The notes beneath the pieces are model-generated. The model had not been told where the DNA came from and did not search any database. It was given only the letters and a program-made list of their open reading frames with translations. Below are positions 10,854-21,591 of a stretch of 64,000 bases of DNA, piece by piece. Source of the stretch: Candidatus Multivoradales bacterium (GTDB taxonomy: Bacteria > Acidobacteriota > Thermoanaerobaculia > Multivoradales > JAHEKO01); assembly GCA_965248055.1 (NCBI GenBank), contig CBDFIJ010000004.1, forward strand, positions 288,001 to 352,000, given 5' to 3'. Both the position numbers and the translations under genes were made by a program. Each line of letters opens with the position of its first letter. Position 1 is the first letter of the stretch.

Positions 10854-11033
10854 TGCCCTGAGTCCGTGACGCCCTGGCTCTCGGTTCCTTGACTCTCGGC
10901 TCTCGGATCCACTGGCTCCCGGACCCACTGGCGACCAATAAACTTCCCCATCGCACATCCGTACTACCAACCACGGGCGCCCGCAGACCGATTTTGGCTG
11001 CCCTTCAATGACTACTGATTGGGAGCTGGATCA

Positions 11034-12818
11034 ATGTTGAACAAGAGAATCTTGCCTGCCTTTGTCGCGGTACTTTGTACCGCCTACCCTGCCACTGCTG
11101 ACACTTCTTGGGTTGCCGCGAGCGACGAAAATGCCGCAATTCTGTTGCAGGTATTAGCCAAACTAAGCCCGGAAGGGGCGGGAAGATTCGGCGTCGACGG
11201 GCTCGACGAAGAGATCTTTCAACTGCCGCTCGATTTTGCCGACCAATCCATCAGCGCCATGCAAGGTGCGGTCAGCGAGTTGAAGCGAAAGCTGGCCGAA
11301 GAAGAACGCCCTGCAGTACGTCAGGATCTAGAAATCATGATTCAGTCGGCGCAGGACAATATCGAAGGAACGCGCATTTCTGAGCAGTATGAATTGCCCT
11401 ACTTCAATGTCCCACAGACCGTGTTTCGCGGTATTCAGGGCCTGCTCGATGATCGTGTCGAGGCAGAGCGTCGTCCAGCCGCCTTGGCGCGACTGCGTCG
11501 CTACACCGGACTGGAAGAGGGATACACGCCAATTACCGATCAGGCAATTGCCTACATCCGCGCGCGCTTCGACGAGCCCGATCTCAAGGGTCCGTTTCGC
11601 GATGAACTGGAGAAGCACTTGGCCAACAGCGATCGATTTGTCGATGGCATTGAGCAGCTGTTCCAGAAATATCAATTAATCGGCTATGAAGAGGCTCATC
11701 AAGCCCTAGCCACCCAGTTCGTCGAATGGAATACCTTCGTTTCAGGCGAATTGATGGAGCACGCCAGCGACGACTTTAAGCTGCCGCGTGAGGTCTACGC
11801 CAACAACCTCAAAGGGGTGGGCGTGGACATGGACGTCGACCAACTGCAGAGTCGCGCCAAAGCCTCGTTTCGCGAGATTCAAAGTGAGATGCAAGCGATG
11901 GCTGAGCACATTGCCACCGCCCGTGGGCTGGACTCCAGCGACTATCGAGACGTCATTCGGGCTCTGAAGACCGAGCAAGTGATCGGTGAAGAAATCCTGC
12001 CCCACTACCAACAGCGGATGAAAGATCTAGAAGCTCTGATCGTCGCCCACAAGGTGGTCACCCTGCCGGATCGGGATGCGGTCATTCGCCTCGCCAGTGC
12101 GGCCGAGAGCGCTGCGATTCCAGCTCCGCACATGTCGCCACCGCGGCTGATTGGCAACACCGGGGAAACCGGTGAGTTCGTGCTCCCTTTGAAGGTACCC
12201 GGCGAGGCCGGTGAAGAAGATCTCGGGTTCGACGACTTTACGTTCGACGCCGCCTCGTGGACCTTGACGGTGCATGAGGGACGCCCTGGGCATGAGATGC
12301 AGTTCGCTTCGATTATCGAAAATGGCGTCTCGGTCGCTCGCGCACTGTTTGCATTCAATAGCGTCAACGTCGAAGGATGGGCGCTCTATGCCGAGTCGGA
12401 AATGAAGCCCTACATGCCTCTGGAGGGTCAACTCATTTCTCTGCAGCACCGTTTGCTGCGCGCCGCTCGAGCTCACCTCGACCCTGGGTTGCAGCTCGGC
12501 ACCATTACCCGCGAAGAGGCTTTCCGGGTTCTGGAAAAAGACGTTGTGCTGTCCCACGCGATGGCGCTGCAAGAGGTCGAGCGCTATACCTTCTGGGCTC
12601 CCGGCCAGGCGACCTCCTATTTCTGTGGTTACCAACGCCTGCTGGAGCTACGCGCCGACACCGAACGCAAGCTGGGCGAAGCCTTCGACCGCCAAGCCTT
12701 CCACGACTTTGTACTGGCACAAGGGCTTCTGCCACCCAACCTGATCCGCAAAGCGGTAATGGAAGAATTTGTCGCGCCCCGACTGCAAACCGTTGAAGCA
12801 GGACAGATCAAGGGTTAG
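11034..12818 (+). CDS. DUF885 family exported protein (putative metallopeptidase-like)
   Basis: Signal peptide; HEGRPGHEMQ, EGWALYAE, EVERY..PGQATSY, FHDFVL. Confidence 0.9.
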   Translation: MLNKRILPAFVAVLCTAYPATADTSWVAASDENAAILLQVLAKLSPEGAGRFGVDGLDEEIFQLPLDFADQSISAMQGAVSELKRKLAEEERPAVRQDLEIMIQSAQDNIEGTRISEQYELPYFNVPQTVFRGIQGLLDDRVEAERRPAALARLRRYTGLEEGYTPITDQAIAYIRARFDEPDLKGPFRDELEKHLANSDRFVDGIEQLFQKYQLIGYEEAHQALATQFVEWNTFVSGELMEHASDDFKLPREVYANNLKGVGVDMDVDQLQSRAKASFREIQSEMQAMAEHIATARGLDSSDYRDVIRALKTEQVIGEEILPHYQQRMKDLEALIVAHKVVTLPDRDAVIRLASAAESAAIPAPHMSPPRLIGNTGETGEFVLPLKVPGEAGEEDLGFDDFTFDAASWTLTVHEGRPGHEMQFASIIENGVSVARALFAFNSVNVEGWALYAESEMKPYMPLEGQLISLQHRLLRAARAHLDPGLQLGTITREEAFRVLEKDVVLSHAMALQEVERYTFWAPGQATSYFCGYQRLLELRADTERKLGEAFDRQAFHDFVLAQGLLPPNLIRKAVMEEFVAPRLQTVEAGQIKG

Positions 12819-12836
12819 CGAAGAAACCCGCTTCTT

Positions 12837-14114
12837 TCAATCTTGGCGGCGAAACCGAAACACCAACCCACCCACCACGATCGCCACCGCTGCAGAGATT
12901 AGGTGGCGGGGCTCGGCACTCGCGCCCAACCCAAGCGTCACGGCTGCCGCGGCAAGCGGAATCGCCCAACCACCCGGAAGTCTCCAACCATCGGAGTCAG
13001 GGAACCGTCGGCGTAGGACCGGCAAAGCCGCAATCGTGCCCAAATAGGTCGCGAGCCGAGCGACCACCGACAACGACGCTAGCGCAGCAAAACTCCCGCT
13101 CAAAGCGAGGGGTAAGGCGATCGCAATTTGCAGTGCAATCGCAGCAGTTGGGGTCTTATGCCGAGGATGGAGACGGGCCAACTGACGAGGCCCGTAGCCA
13201 TCGTTGGCGAGTGCCCATAAGTAGCGAGGCCCCGCCAAAATCGTATTACCCTGGGTACCCAAGATGGAAATCGCAGCACCCACCGTCAATAACAGCCCCG
13301 CAGCGGGGCCGATCATTCTTGTGGCGGCGTCGGCCAACGGCGAAGCCGAAGCCGCGGCATTGGGCAGAGTCGCCAACGCCAGCCACTGCACGGCAAAGTA
13401 GAGAACCGCAACGATCCCAATGTGTACCAACAATCCGAATGGCAGGTCTTTGCGCGGATTACGATACTCGCCCGCCGCGGCAGGGGTATTTTCAAAACCA
13501 GCAAAGGCATAGAGAAGAAGCAGTGCGGCGGCACCCAGATCGCCGCTGCCGGGCGGCTGGGCGGCGACTTGAGCGGGATCAGCGAACCAAGCAGCGATCA
13601 CAACGAACACCCCTAGAGGAATCAATTTGGCGATGACCATCGCCACCGCAGCACGAACTCCACTCTTGACACCGATCCAATTCAGCCAAGCCAAGGCCAA
13701 GATCGGGACCACAATCGCAATCACTCTCCCCCAGCCGGAGCCGGCCTGCGGCCACAGGTAACTGATAGCGAGAGCGAATCCAGCTCCCAATGAGGCCACC
13801 GATGCGACTCGAGCCAGCCAAGTCATCCAGCCAATCTCAAAGCCGATGAAATCGCCAAACGCGGTTTTGGCGTAGAGATAGGCGCCACCCGGCTGATCAA
13901 AGTAGCTGGACGCTTCGGCAAAGCAAAGGACAACCAGAGTCACCGCAACAGCTGCTGCCAGAACTGCCCAAACACTGGCCGGCCCCAACACCAATGCTGC
14001 GGCGGCAGGCAGCAAGTAGACGCCCGAGCCGATGACGTCATTAAGAGCCAGAGCGACGACCTGCCAACGAGAAACCACCCGTTGCATTTCCACCGATTGT
14101 TTAGTTTGCATCAC
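12837..14114 (-). CDS. APC family amino acid permease
   Basis: IGSGVY, GGAYLYAKTAFG, YAFAGFE; many TM segments. Confidence 0.93.
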   Translation of the reverse strand: MMQTKQSVEMQRVVSRWQVVALALNDVIGSGVYLLPAAAALVLGPASVWAVLAAAVAVTLVVLCFAEASSYFDQPGGAYLYAKTAFGDFIGFEIGWMTWLARVASVASLGAGFALAISYLWPQAGSGWGRVIAIVVPILALAWLNWIGVKSGVRAAVAMVIAKLIPLGVFVVIAAWFADPAQVAAQPPGSGDLGAAALLLLYAFAGFENTPAAAGEYRNPRKDLPFGLLVHIGIVAVLYFAVQWLALATLPNAAASASPLADAATRMIGPAAGLLLTVGAAISILGTQGNTILAGPRYLWALANDGYGPRQLARLHPRHKTPTAAIALQIAIALPLALSGSFAALASLSVVARLATYLGTIAALPVLRRRFPDSDGWRLPGGWAIPLAAAAVTLGLGASAEPRHLISAAVAIVVGGLVFRFRRQD

Positions 14115-14152
14115 GCGGCCATACTACTGGTGGATAGCTAACAAGCTAACGA

Positions 14153-14370
14153 TCATCGCAGTCGCGAAAACAACCGCAACGCCCCGGACAGCAACAGACT
14201 GACCAGAATCCCGCTGGTGAGCGGAAGTACATCTTGAAACCCCGATGATCGACGCGAATATCTCCACGCAGCCTCCCCAAAGGGAAAGATGGGGAAAAGT
14301 ACAGCACCAGCCCGACAGCCAGGATTGCCGCGCCAACCAGGATCAGTGGGCGAGCGAATTGTTCCTTCAT
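14153..14370 (-). pseudogene. DUF2905-family small membrane protein with a 1-nt frameshift
   Basis: N-terminus LGRLRGDIRV..FKMYF; adding one C at TTCC(C)G near 14223 restores YFPLTSGILVSLLLSGALRLFSRLR*. Confidence 0.65.
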
Positions 14371-14468
14371 CCGATCCTATCGCCGCTTCTGCTGTAGCTC
14401 GATCACATCCAGCAAGGTACGGTCCACGTACCCATCATGTTGTGCAACCGCTTCACCAAGGAGACTCT

Positions 14469-14897
14469 ATGAAACCCGTTCCAACACGCATCCGTCCTTT
14501 CGCCTTCGTCGTAGTTCTCATGAGCGCTCTTCTAGTAGCAGGGGTCCCCGCGGTTAGTGAGGGCACGGGAGCAACTGAGGGAACATGGGTCAGCAAGCAA
14601 TACAAAGTCGCCGGTGAATGGCAGATTGCCCAAGATGGCGATGATCGTTTCCTGGTCCTGAGCGCGGACTTCAAAACCAAGAAAGGCCCAGATCTCAAGA
14701 TCTTTCTGTCACCGCAATCGCTCGATCAAGTGACCGGAGAAACCGCGACAGACGGTGCCGTTTTGCTTGCGCTCCTCGATCAACCCAAAGGCGAGCAACG
14801 GTTTGAGATTCCCTCTGGTATCGACCTCAGCGACTATCAGTCGATCCTCATCCACTGTGAGAAATATTCCGTTCTTTGGGGCGGAGCATCGCTCTAG
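14469..14897 (+). CDS. Exported DM13 domain protein
   Basis: Signal peptide; FKTKKGPDLKIFLS, IDLSDYQSILIHCEKYSVLWGGA. Confidence 0.88.
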   Translation: MKPVPTRIRPFAFVVVLMSALLVAGVPAVSEGTGATEGTWVSKQYKVAGEWQIAQDGDDRFLVLSADFKTKKGPDLKIFLSPQSLDQVTGETATDGAVLLALLDQPKGEQRFEIPSGIDLSDYQSILIHCEKYSVLWGGASL

Positions 14898-14935
14898 GCA
14901 ATGCACGACGACCCCAGACCGGTCGTGCCTGTGCT

Positions 14936-15805
14936 TCAAACCATCAAGCCAACGAAACCAAGTAGCGGCACCGTCAGCGCATCATCACCGGTACTTTCAA
15001 TTTGCAATCGGGCTTCAGCAGGATCGATCATCTTCGAGAACAAGCGCCAGGCGACCTCTGCATCCATTCGGATGTCAGTGGTCGGGGTAGCAAACGAACC
15101 TGGATGCAGTCGCCAAGCACCCTCCCCCTTTGCCAACGTCCATGAGGCGATAACCGAACCGGTAACCCTCAGCACAACGGAGCTCCCAACCTCAGCCTGA
15201 GCCTCCCGGTAGGCATGCGGAAGCCCGCGGACAAAGGTCTCCAGGGCCGGTGTGACCCAATCCGACGAATCCAGCAACGGTGCACTAACCGCCTCACGGA
15301 TCTGCTGTTGATGGTGCCACTTCTCGGTGTATTCCCGCGCGATATCGAAAGCGTTAGTTGAATGCTCCTCGCCTGCCCATGCGACACCAAACATGGCCTC
15401 CCCTTCCGGGTCCAAGCTCTCGAACAGATCGCAGACCTGGGGGCCGACAAGCTTCTGTAGTTCCATAATCACCCGCGGGCTCACCCGGGCAAACGCCTGC
15501 TGCCAGGTGGCGTTGAGTTGGTCGAGATAGTCAACCAGAGTTTCGTAACCATCAATCTCCCGGTCCGGAGGCGGACCGAAGTAGCCATCTCGTTGCATTG
15601 ACAACCGTCGTACATCTCCGTCCAACAAGTGCGCTGCGACATCGCGCACCCGCCAATCACCGCTGCGGGTTGGTCGGTTCCAATCCTCGTCTGCGAGTCC
15701 GGTCAGCAACTCGATCAGTTCCTTCTGGACTGGGCGAAATAGATGTTCGGTACGGATCGTTGGAAGGTTAGTCATTGAACGCGATGCCGGTGTGGATGCC
15801 ATCAA
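14936..15805 (-). CDS. DinB-superfamily / maleylpyruvate-isomerase N-terminal (MDMPI-like) protein
   Basis: WNRPT...WRVRDVAAHL, EKWHHQQQIREA. Confidence 0.8.
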   Translation of the reverse strand: MMASTPASRSMTNLPTIRTEHLFRPVQKELIELLTGLADEDWNRPTRSGDWRVRDVAAHLLDGDVRRLSMQRDGYFGPPPDREIDGYETLVDYLDQLNATWQQAFARVSPRVIMELQKLVGPQVCDLFESLDPEGEAMFGVAWAGEEHSTNAFDIAREYTEKWHHQQQIREAVSAPLLDSSDWVTPALETFVRGLPHAYREAQAEVGSSVVLRVTGSVIASWTLAKGEGAWRLHPGSFATPTTDIRMDAEVAWRLFSKMIDPAEARLQIESTGDDALTVPLLGFVGLMV

Positions 15806-16443
15806 TCGTCCTTGGTGAAATCCAAGGGAAAATAGGCAATGGTCAGCCGATATTCGCGGTCATCTTCCTCGATGGTGTCGGAGTCGCAACACTCCATCAC
15901 TTCTTCCAGGAGCGCATGGAGTTGCTTCTGAATCGCAGCGATCTTGGCTGGCGAGGCGATGATCTTGGCATGGGTCAACACCCCCTCCTCTTCTAGCGTA
16001 TGTCCTTGTCCACTCGCCGCCAGTGCCTTGAGTTCTTGGGCGGCCTGATCCATCAACGTCGAGACCACTTTCACCAGGGATTCGGTGCCCTCTTCGGAGT
16101 TGGCTTGAGAAAACAGTTCTGGACTCGCCCGAAACGACTTGGCCACCGCTAGGTAGTACTTTTCCAACGTACCTCGGTTCTGCTGGGTCCGGGTCGGTTC
16201 AATCACGCCAACCCGCTCCATTGCTTCAACATGATGGTAAAGACGAGTCGGTTTCTCTCCTAAGTACTCGGCGACCTGCTTGGTGGTCCTTTCCTGCCCC
16301 AACGCCTCTAGGATGCGCACCCGCAATGGATCCGCCAGCACCTTGACCTGCTCCAGGTCGGTCAGTGTGTAGGACTCCAGCGCTGGAGTCCGGAGGCTCT
16401 TGCCAGCTGCGCCATTGGTTTTCTTGCTCTTGTGCGTTGTCAT
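15802..16443 (-). CDS. ArsR-like winged helix-turn-helix transcriptional regulator
   Basis: KVLADPLRVRILEAL..TTKQVAE.LG...LYHHV..ME..G; RGTLEKYY. Confidence 0.88.
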   Translation of the reverse strand: MTTHKSKKTNGAAGKSLRTPALESYTLTDLEQVKVLADPLRVRILEALGQERTTKQVAEYLGEKPTRLYHHVEAMERVGVIEPTRTQQNRGTLEKYYLAVAKSFRASPELFSQANSEEGTESLVKVVSTLMDQAAQELKALAASGQGHTLEEEGVLTHAKIIASPAKIAAIQKQLHALLEEVMECCDSDTIEEDDREYRLTIAYFPLDFTKDD

Positions 16444-16478
16444 CGTTTCTCCGCGGATCGGGACCATCTTACCCCCCA

Positions 16479-16516
16479 TTGACGTAATCTTTATTATTCA
16501 AGTATTATTGAATAAT
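16479..16516. promoter_or_regulatory. Sigma70-like promoter (TTGACG ... TATTAT) overlapped by palindromic operator ATTATTCAA-N6-TTGAATAAT
   Basis: Perfect 9-bp inverted repeat at 16493-16501/16508-16516 between the divergent regulator and MFS genes. Confidence 0.7.
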
Positions 16517-16550
16517 CATCAATCGCCGCATAATACTCAGGAGTCGAACA

Positions 16551-17873
16551 GTGCCGCCAAAAACAACAGTCCCTCAAGAACAAGTGTCGCTCACAGAAGT
16601 GCCTCCCTCAGAAACTCCATCAACCAGAATGTCTCTAAGCGACTCGATGCGCCCCTTTTTCGTTCTCTGGACAGGACAAGCGCTGTCTCTCATCGGCAGC
16701 CAAGCAGTCCAGTTCGCCATCATTTGGTGGCTGACCATACAGACGCAATCTGCAGCGATCCTGGCAGCGGCGACCTTCGTCGGGCTCTTCCCTCAAGTGG
16801 TCCTAGGCCCGTTGATCGGAGCCCTCGTAGATCGATGGAATCGCAAGCGCATCATGTTGCTCGCCGACGCGGGAATCGCGGTTGCGTCTGGATTGCTCGC
16901 CCTACTCTTTCTCACCGGTAACGCTGGGATTATCCACGTCTTCGCCTTGCTCTTGGTCCGCGCGTTGGGGGCTGCGTTCCACGCACCGGCCATGCTCGCT
17001 TCGACTACGCTGATGGTGCCGAAACAACACCTAACCCGGATCCAAGGTCTCAACCAAGCCGTCCAAGGAGGCCTGCTTATCATCTCTGCTCCGTTGGGAG
17101 CCTTGCTTTACGCCAGTTTGTCTATGGCAGTAGTAATGACGGTGGATATCGCAACTGCTTTGGTGGCCATCTTGCCGTTAATTTGGATTCGGGTCCCGCA
17201 ACCTGAGACGGGTGCCGCAAAAGTTGAACCCGGAGCAGCGAATCACCCAATGCAACAACTGGTCAGTGAGATGGTCGCAGGTTTTCTCTACCTATGGCAA
17301 CGCAACGGCCATTTCGCGCTGCTTACCGCAGCAGCCTTGATCAACCTACTGATGGTCCCGGCCTTCTCTCTACTTCCTCTCCTAGTTAGTGAGCGGGGCG
17401 GTAGCGCCCTCGAACTCGGCTGGATGACCGCCGGATTTGGTGTCGGTACCATCGTTGGTGGTGTTGCGTTGGGGGTCTGGGGAGGGTTTAAGCGACGCAT
17501 CGTCACCACACTGACCGCATTGGTCGGTGTCGGCATCGCCACCATGGTTCTGAGTACTGCTTCGGCGTCAACATTTCTGGTGTCGTTGGCAGCGATCTTT
17601 GGCGTCGGCGCTATGATCGCCCTCACGAACGGCCCTATCCAGGCTATTCTGCAAGCTACCGTCCCCCCTGAATACCAAGGTCGTGTCTTCACTCTCTACG
17701 GTAGCTTGGCTGGCATCGCCGCACCGATCGGGTTGGTGCTTGCCGCCCCGGTGGCTGACCGAATGGGAATTGCCTGGTGGTACCTCGCGGCCGGAGCAAT
17801 GTGCATACTGATGGGCGCTATCGGGCTGTTGACCCCGTCGCTAATGAAGATCGAAGAGGGCACCCAAATTTGA
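16551..17873 (+). CDS. MFS efflux transporter (DHA3/MefA-like)
   Basis: LWTGQALSLIGS, GALVDRWNRKRIML, YQGRVF. Confidence 0.92.
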   Translation: MPPKTTVPQEQVSLTEVPPSETPSTRMSLSDSMRPFFVLWTGQALSLIGSQAVQFAIIWWLTIQTQSAAILAAATFVGLFPQVVLGPLIGALVDRWNRKRIMLLADAGIAVASGLLALLFLTGNAGIIHVFALLLVRALGAAFHAPAMLASTTLMVPKQHLTRIQGLNQAVQGGLLIISAPLGALLYASLSMAVVMTVDIATALVAILPLIWIRVPQPETGAAKVEPGAANHPMQQLVSEMVAGFLYLWQRNGHFALLTAAALINLLMVPAFSLLPLLVSERGGSALELGWMTAGFGVGTIVGGVALGVWGGFKRRIVTTLTALVGVGIATMVLSTASASTFLVSLAAIFGVGAMIALTNGPIQAILQATVPPEYQGRVFTLYGSLAGIAAPIGLVLAAPVADRMGIAWWYLAAGAMCILMGAIGLLTPSLMKIEEGTQI

Positions 17874-17932
17874 CGGCCACCCAGCCAATCCGTTCGACGA
17901 CCAGCTAGCAACGCATCTTCTTGAGAACCCTG

Positions 17933-18705
17933 TCACTCGACCTCAGACGCCGCTGGAGCTACCCGCCGAATTTCCTCTATTGCCTTTTTGGCAAGTACTG
18001 TGAGGTTGGCGGCGATATCAGCCGCTTGCAGTTCTTCAAGCCATGGAAGAGCTGCAGTTATAAATAACTCCCCAAGGTTCTCGATCGCAAACTTCTGCAC
18101 GTTGTATGAAGGAGAGAGTGCCATCTCCATCAACACCGTATGCAGCCGTGGGTCGGTGGGATTCAGCTTCTTCCATGCCGTAGCGGCGGCTTGGCACACA
18201 TCCTGATTCCACCCTGCCTCGGCGAAGGAAACCACCTTGGGGAACAGACTCGGACGATCCAGTTCGCCGATAGCTTCCAGCGTTGCGGTGCGAATCTTGT
18301 CATTCCAGGAGGATCGTTCGAGCTGAGGTTCCAATAACTGAGCGTCAATCCCGGGATTGGTTTTGACAAGTGCAACCATCGCCGCCGCGACAACGTCAAA
18401 GTGGGGCTCACTCTCGACCACTCTCGACAGGATCTCCGCAGCAGTCGAACCACCGAGATCGGCCAAGGCGAGTACTGCAGCCTTGCGAACCCGGTAATCG
18501 CTGTCGATGGTCAACGCTCTTTCGGCCAAAGTGAGACCGTCCGTAAAACGAAGTGCACCTAGCAGCTGGCCAGCCTCCGCTCGTTCGCCCCAGAACTTGT
18601 CCGCTCAGAGGGCAACGGTCACCGCTCTTATGGCTTGAGTGACTGGTTGGAAAACGGTCTGCGAGTTGGCGCAGAGCCCTCAGTCGCCCAACCAGAGAGT
18701 CGTTG
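17933..18705 (-). pseudogene. HEAT-repeat C-terminal fragment (M1 aminopeptidase-like) with a frameshift and an internal stop
   Basis: GRLRALRQL / frameshift / AVTVAL*ADKFWGERAEAGQLLG...YRVRKAAVLALADL; no catalytic N-terminal part present. Confidence 0.55.
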
Positions 18706-18740
18706 GATCCGTCCCCAGGCAAACAGCCAGACTTCCCAGT

Positions 18741-19025
18741 TCAGTTCATCTGTGCAGTCCAAGAGCTTTCTGGCTGGTGGATCTCACCGTCCAGGTCATC
18801 CAGCTTCTCTTGGAAGAACTTTCGCGCATCTTGCACCGCTTGGTAATAGACCTGAGGTTCCGTCGTAGAGAGGCAAAAATCAAGAATTCGCTCCGCACGA
18901 TAGCGACTCGAAGAAGAGCGATCGGCTTCCGGTACTGCCTCCCGCTGGGATGACGAAGGGAGGGAAGTCTGTCTGCCCTCACACGTCCGACTCGATGCCG
19001 GGAAGGGAGCTTGATCGACACCATG
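18741..19025 (-). pseudogene. Degraded DUF2164-like gene
   Basis: ILDFCLSTTEPQVYYQAVQDARKFFQEKLDDLDGEIHQPE; probable N-terminus MVSIKLP lies in another frame. Confidence 0.5.
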
Positions 19026-19223
19026 AGAGAGGAAACCCTCAATCATTAGAAAATCGAGGCATCCCTAGGCCGACGTTTTTGTCATCCTGAGCAGAGGCCA
19101 TAAGCCGGAGTTGAAGGATCTCGATGGTGGCAATGTGTCTTATGTAGGGGAGCCCTTCATGGGCTCCCGCTGGTGGCGGCCGAAGGATCTCGTCTTCCGC
19201 TGGAACGCTGGATCGTACCGAGG

Positions 19224-21554
19224 CTAAAACGGAAAGAGCAGTGGGATCAGCCAGATGAGCAGCGCAAAGATCACCAAAGTCAACGGGGTGCCGACCTTTA
19301 CATAGTCCTTCGAGTGGTAGCCGCCTGCGCCCATCACCAGCAGGTTGCATTTGTGGCTAAACGGGGTCATGAACGCTGCTGACGCGGCCAGGCTGACGCC
19401 CATCATCAACGGATAGGGGCTCAAGCTCAGGCGGTCGGCCATTTGGATGACCACTGGGGCCAGCAACACCACCGATGGCGCGCCATCCAAGCCTTGGCTG
19501 AGTAGACTGGCAAGCACGACCAAGGCCCCGAGCACGAAGTGTGGTCCAAGTGGCCCGGCAAACTGCACTACCGAATCGGCCAGGAAATTTGCTGCACCGG
19601 TGCGTTCCATGGCAAAACCGACCGGCAGTACCGCTGCGACCAAGAAAATCACCCGCCACTCGATCGCTCGGTAGGTTTCCTGCATAGTGAGCGCACCGGA
19701 AAAGATCACCAAGGACGCCGCGGTAAACGCAGCAACGTGGATCGGCTGGAAACCGCTGGCGACCAGCCCGACCATCAGCAGCAGACCGCCGACCGCAAAC
19801 GGCGCCTTGCGCTTTCGAAGAGAATCGCCGATCGCTTCGGTCAACACTACGAAGTCAGAGTCTGCCGCCAAACGCTTGAGCTTTTCGCGCGGACCTCTCA
19901 AGAGAAGGGCATCGCCAAAACGCAACACCACATCGGCTAGGTCGGTGTGGATCGGCTGGCCTCCGCGCCACAGTGCCAAGGCAATCAGGCCATAACGGTC
20001 GCGAAAATCCATTTCTTTTAGTGTGCGCCCTTCAGCGGTAGACCTTGGAGCGAGGGCGACTTCGACCATTTCGATATTGTCTGCCTGAAGGCTGGCATCG
20101 GTGTCAGGGTCGCCGAGGACCACTTCACCGACGGACAAAAGCGCCTGGATTGACTGGGGCTCGCTGGCAAGCAGTAAGTGGTCCCCAGCTTCGATCCGGT
20201 CGGCGGGGGAGATCGCTAGCCGGGTGTCACCCTCACGGGTTACCCCCACCACCGTGATACCGACCAGTTCGCCGAGCCGACTCTGGGCGATGGTTTTTCC
20301 GGCCAAATCAGAAGACTCCGGAATGACGATGGTGTAGACCCGGTCCTGCAAGTCTCGCAAGGCCGCCAGCCCCAACTCCAGGACCTCGAAGTCCGTCCCT
20401 TTGGAGAATCTCTCTAAGCTTTTTCGAACGCCGAGGCCGAGGATTTCATCCCCATCTTGAAGGTTCAGTTCAGCAAGATGATCGGTCAACAGTTTGCCAT
20501 CGCGCCGCACTGCGGCGACCACGACACCAAAGCGGTCGCGAAATGCGAGTTCTCTAAGGGACCGATCGACCACCGAAGCATTGGATTGCACTACAGCGCG
20601 AATCCCGCCCACCCCACGAGGCACGGTCGGCAGTTCATCGGCAGAAATCGAATGCACCTCAACGTGCTGCATGCTAAGTAGTTCTTTGACCGTTTCTGCT
20701 TCGCCGTCAACCAGGAGGACGTCACCTCCGTGCAACACCGTTTCGCCTACGACTTGGATCTGGCGAGTCCCGCGTTGCAGGGAAACCACCTTGATTCCGA
20801 GGGTATTTCCCAGCCGGGTCTCGGCAACCGTTTTGTCGTCGAGCGGCGAGTCGTCGGCCAAGTGAAGGGAAAACAGACGATCCTCGAGTCGGTAGACCTG
20901 TGCCAAGTCTTCAGAGGGACCGCCAGCCGGTCCTCGCCCGCCGGACTTCGGCAGCAGCCGTTTGCCGATGGTGACCATATAGATCAATCCCAACAGTAGG
21001 ATCGAGACACCCAAGATAGTGAAATCAAACAGCTTAAACGGCTCCAGGCCGCGGTCGGCAAGCATCTGTGCGGCCAGAATATTGGGCGGCGTTCCCACCA
21101 AAGTTGTGGTGCCACCGAGGATTGCGCCGAATGCCAGAGGCATGAAAAGCCGGGAAGGGGCTAGGCCTGCTCGGGGCCCCAAAGTGGCAACCGCAGGCAT
21201 CAACACTGCGGTCGCGGCGATGTTGTTCATGAACGCTGACAGCAAACCGGCCACCAGCATCAAGGTCACCATCAACCGAATCTCGCTGTTGCCGACCAGT
21301 CGATGAATCTGTCCACCGATCATGTCCGCCACTCCGGTCTCCAGCATCGCGGCACCAATGATGAACACCGACATCATGGTGATGACAGCCGGCGATGAGA
21401 ACCCTTGAAATGCTTCTCCAGGTGTTACGTACCCTGCAAAGATCAGTACGATCAAGCCAAGAAAGGCGGTCAGATCGACGGCTAACTTCTCGGTCAGGAA
21501 CAGATACACCATGACCGCCAAGATGGCGAACAGGATTCCGATTTGTAGGGTCAT
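19224..21554 (-). CDS. SLC13/DASS family permease with multiple TrkA-C (RCK_C) domains
   Basis: SAFMNNIA, TLVGTPPN, repeated RCK_C segments, FMTPFSH..NLLVMGAGGY. Confidence 0.93.
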   Translation of the reverse strand: MTLQIGILFAILAVMVYLFLTEKLAVDLTAFLGLIVLIFAGYVTPGEAFQGFSSPAVITMMSVFIIGAAMLETGVADMIGGQIHRLVGNSEIRLMVTLMLVAGLLSAFMNNIAATAVLMPAVATLGPRAGLAPSRLFMPLAFGAILGGTTTLVGTPPNILAAQMLADRGLEPFKLFDFTILGVSILLLGLIYMVTIGKRLLPKSGGRGPAGGPSEDLAQVYRLEDRLFSLHLADDSPLDDKTVAETRLGNTLGIKVVSLQRGTRQIQVVGETVLHGGDVLLVDGEAETVKELLSMQHVEVHSISADELPTVPRGVGGIRAVVQSNASVVDRSLRELAFRDRFGVVVAAVRRDGKLLTDHLAELNLQDGDEILGLGVRKSLERFSKGTDFEVLELGLAALRDLQDRVYTIVIPESSDLAGKTIAQSRLGELVGITVVGVTREGDTRLAISPADRIEAGDHLLLASEPQSIQALLSVGEVVLGDPDTDASLQADNIEMVEVALAPRSTAEGRTLKEMDFRDRYGLIALALWRGGQPIHTDLADVVLRFGDALLLRGPREKLKRLAADSDFVVLTEAIGDSLRKRKAPFAVGGLLLMVGLVASGFQPIHVAAFTAASLVIFSGALTMQETYRAIEWRVIFLVAAVLPVGFAMERTGAANFLADSVVQFAGPLGPHFVLGALVVLASLLSQGLDGAPSVVLLAPVVIQMADRLSLSPYPLMMGVSLAASAAFMTPFSHKCNLLVMGAGGYHSKDYVKVGTPLTLVIFALLIWLIPLLFPF

Positions 21555-21591
21555 AGAAAGGGAAGCCTACATCAGCGTGCGGAAATGGTCG

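Noticed and set aside
10865-10932. Degenerate CTCTCGG/CCACTGGC repeats
   Set aside because: Short and irregular; no recognisable element or RNA family
18605-18607. In-frame TGA as a second selenocysteine
   Set aside because: Lies in a HEAT-repeat remnant next to a frameshift, with no redox motif or evident hairpin
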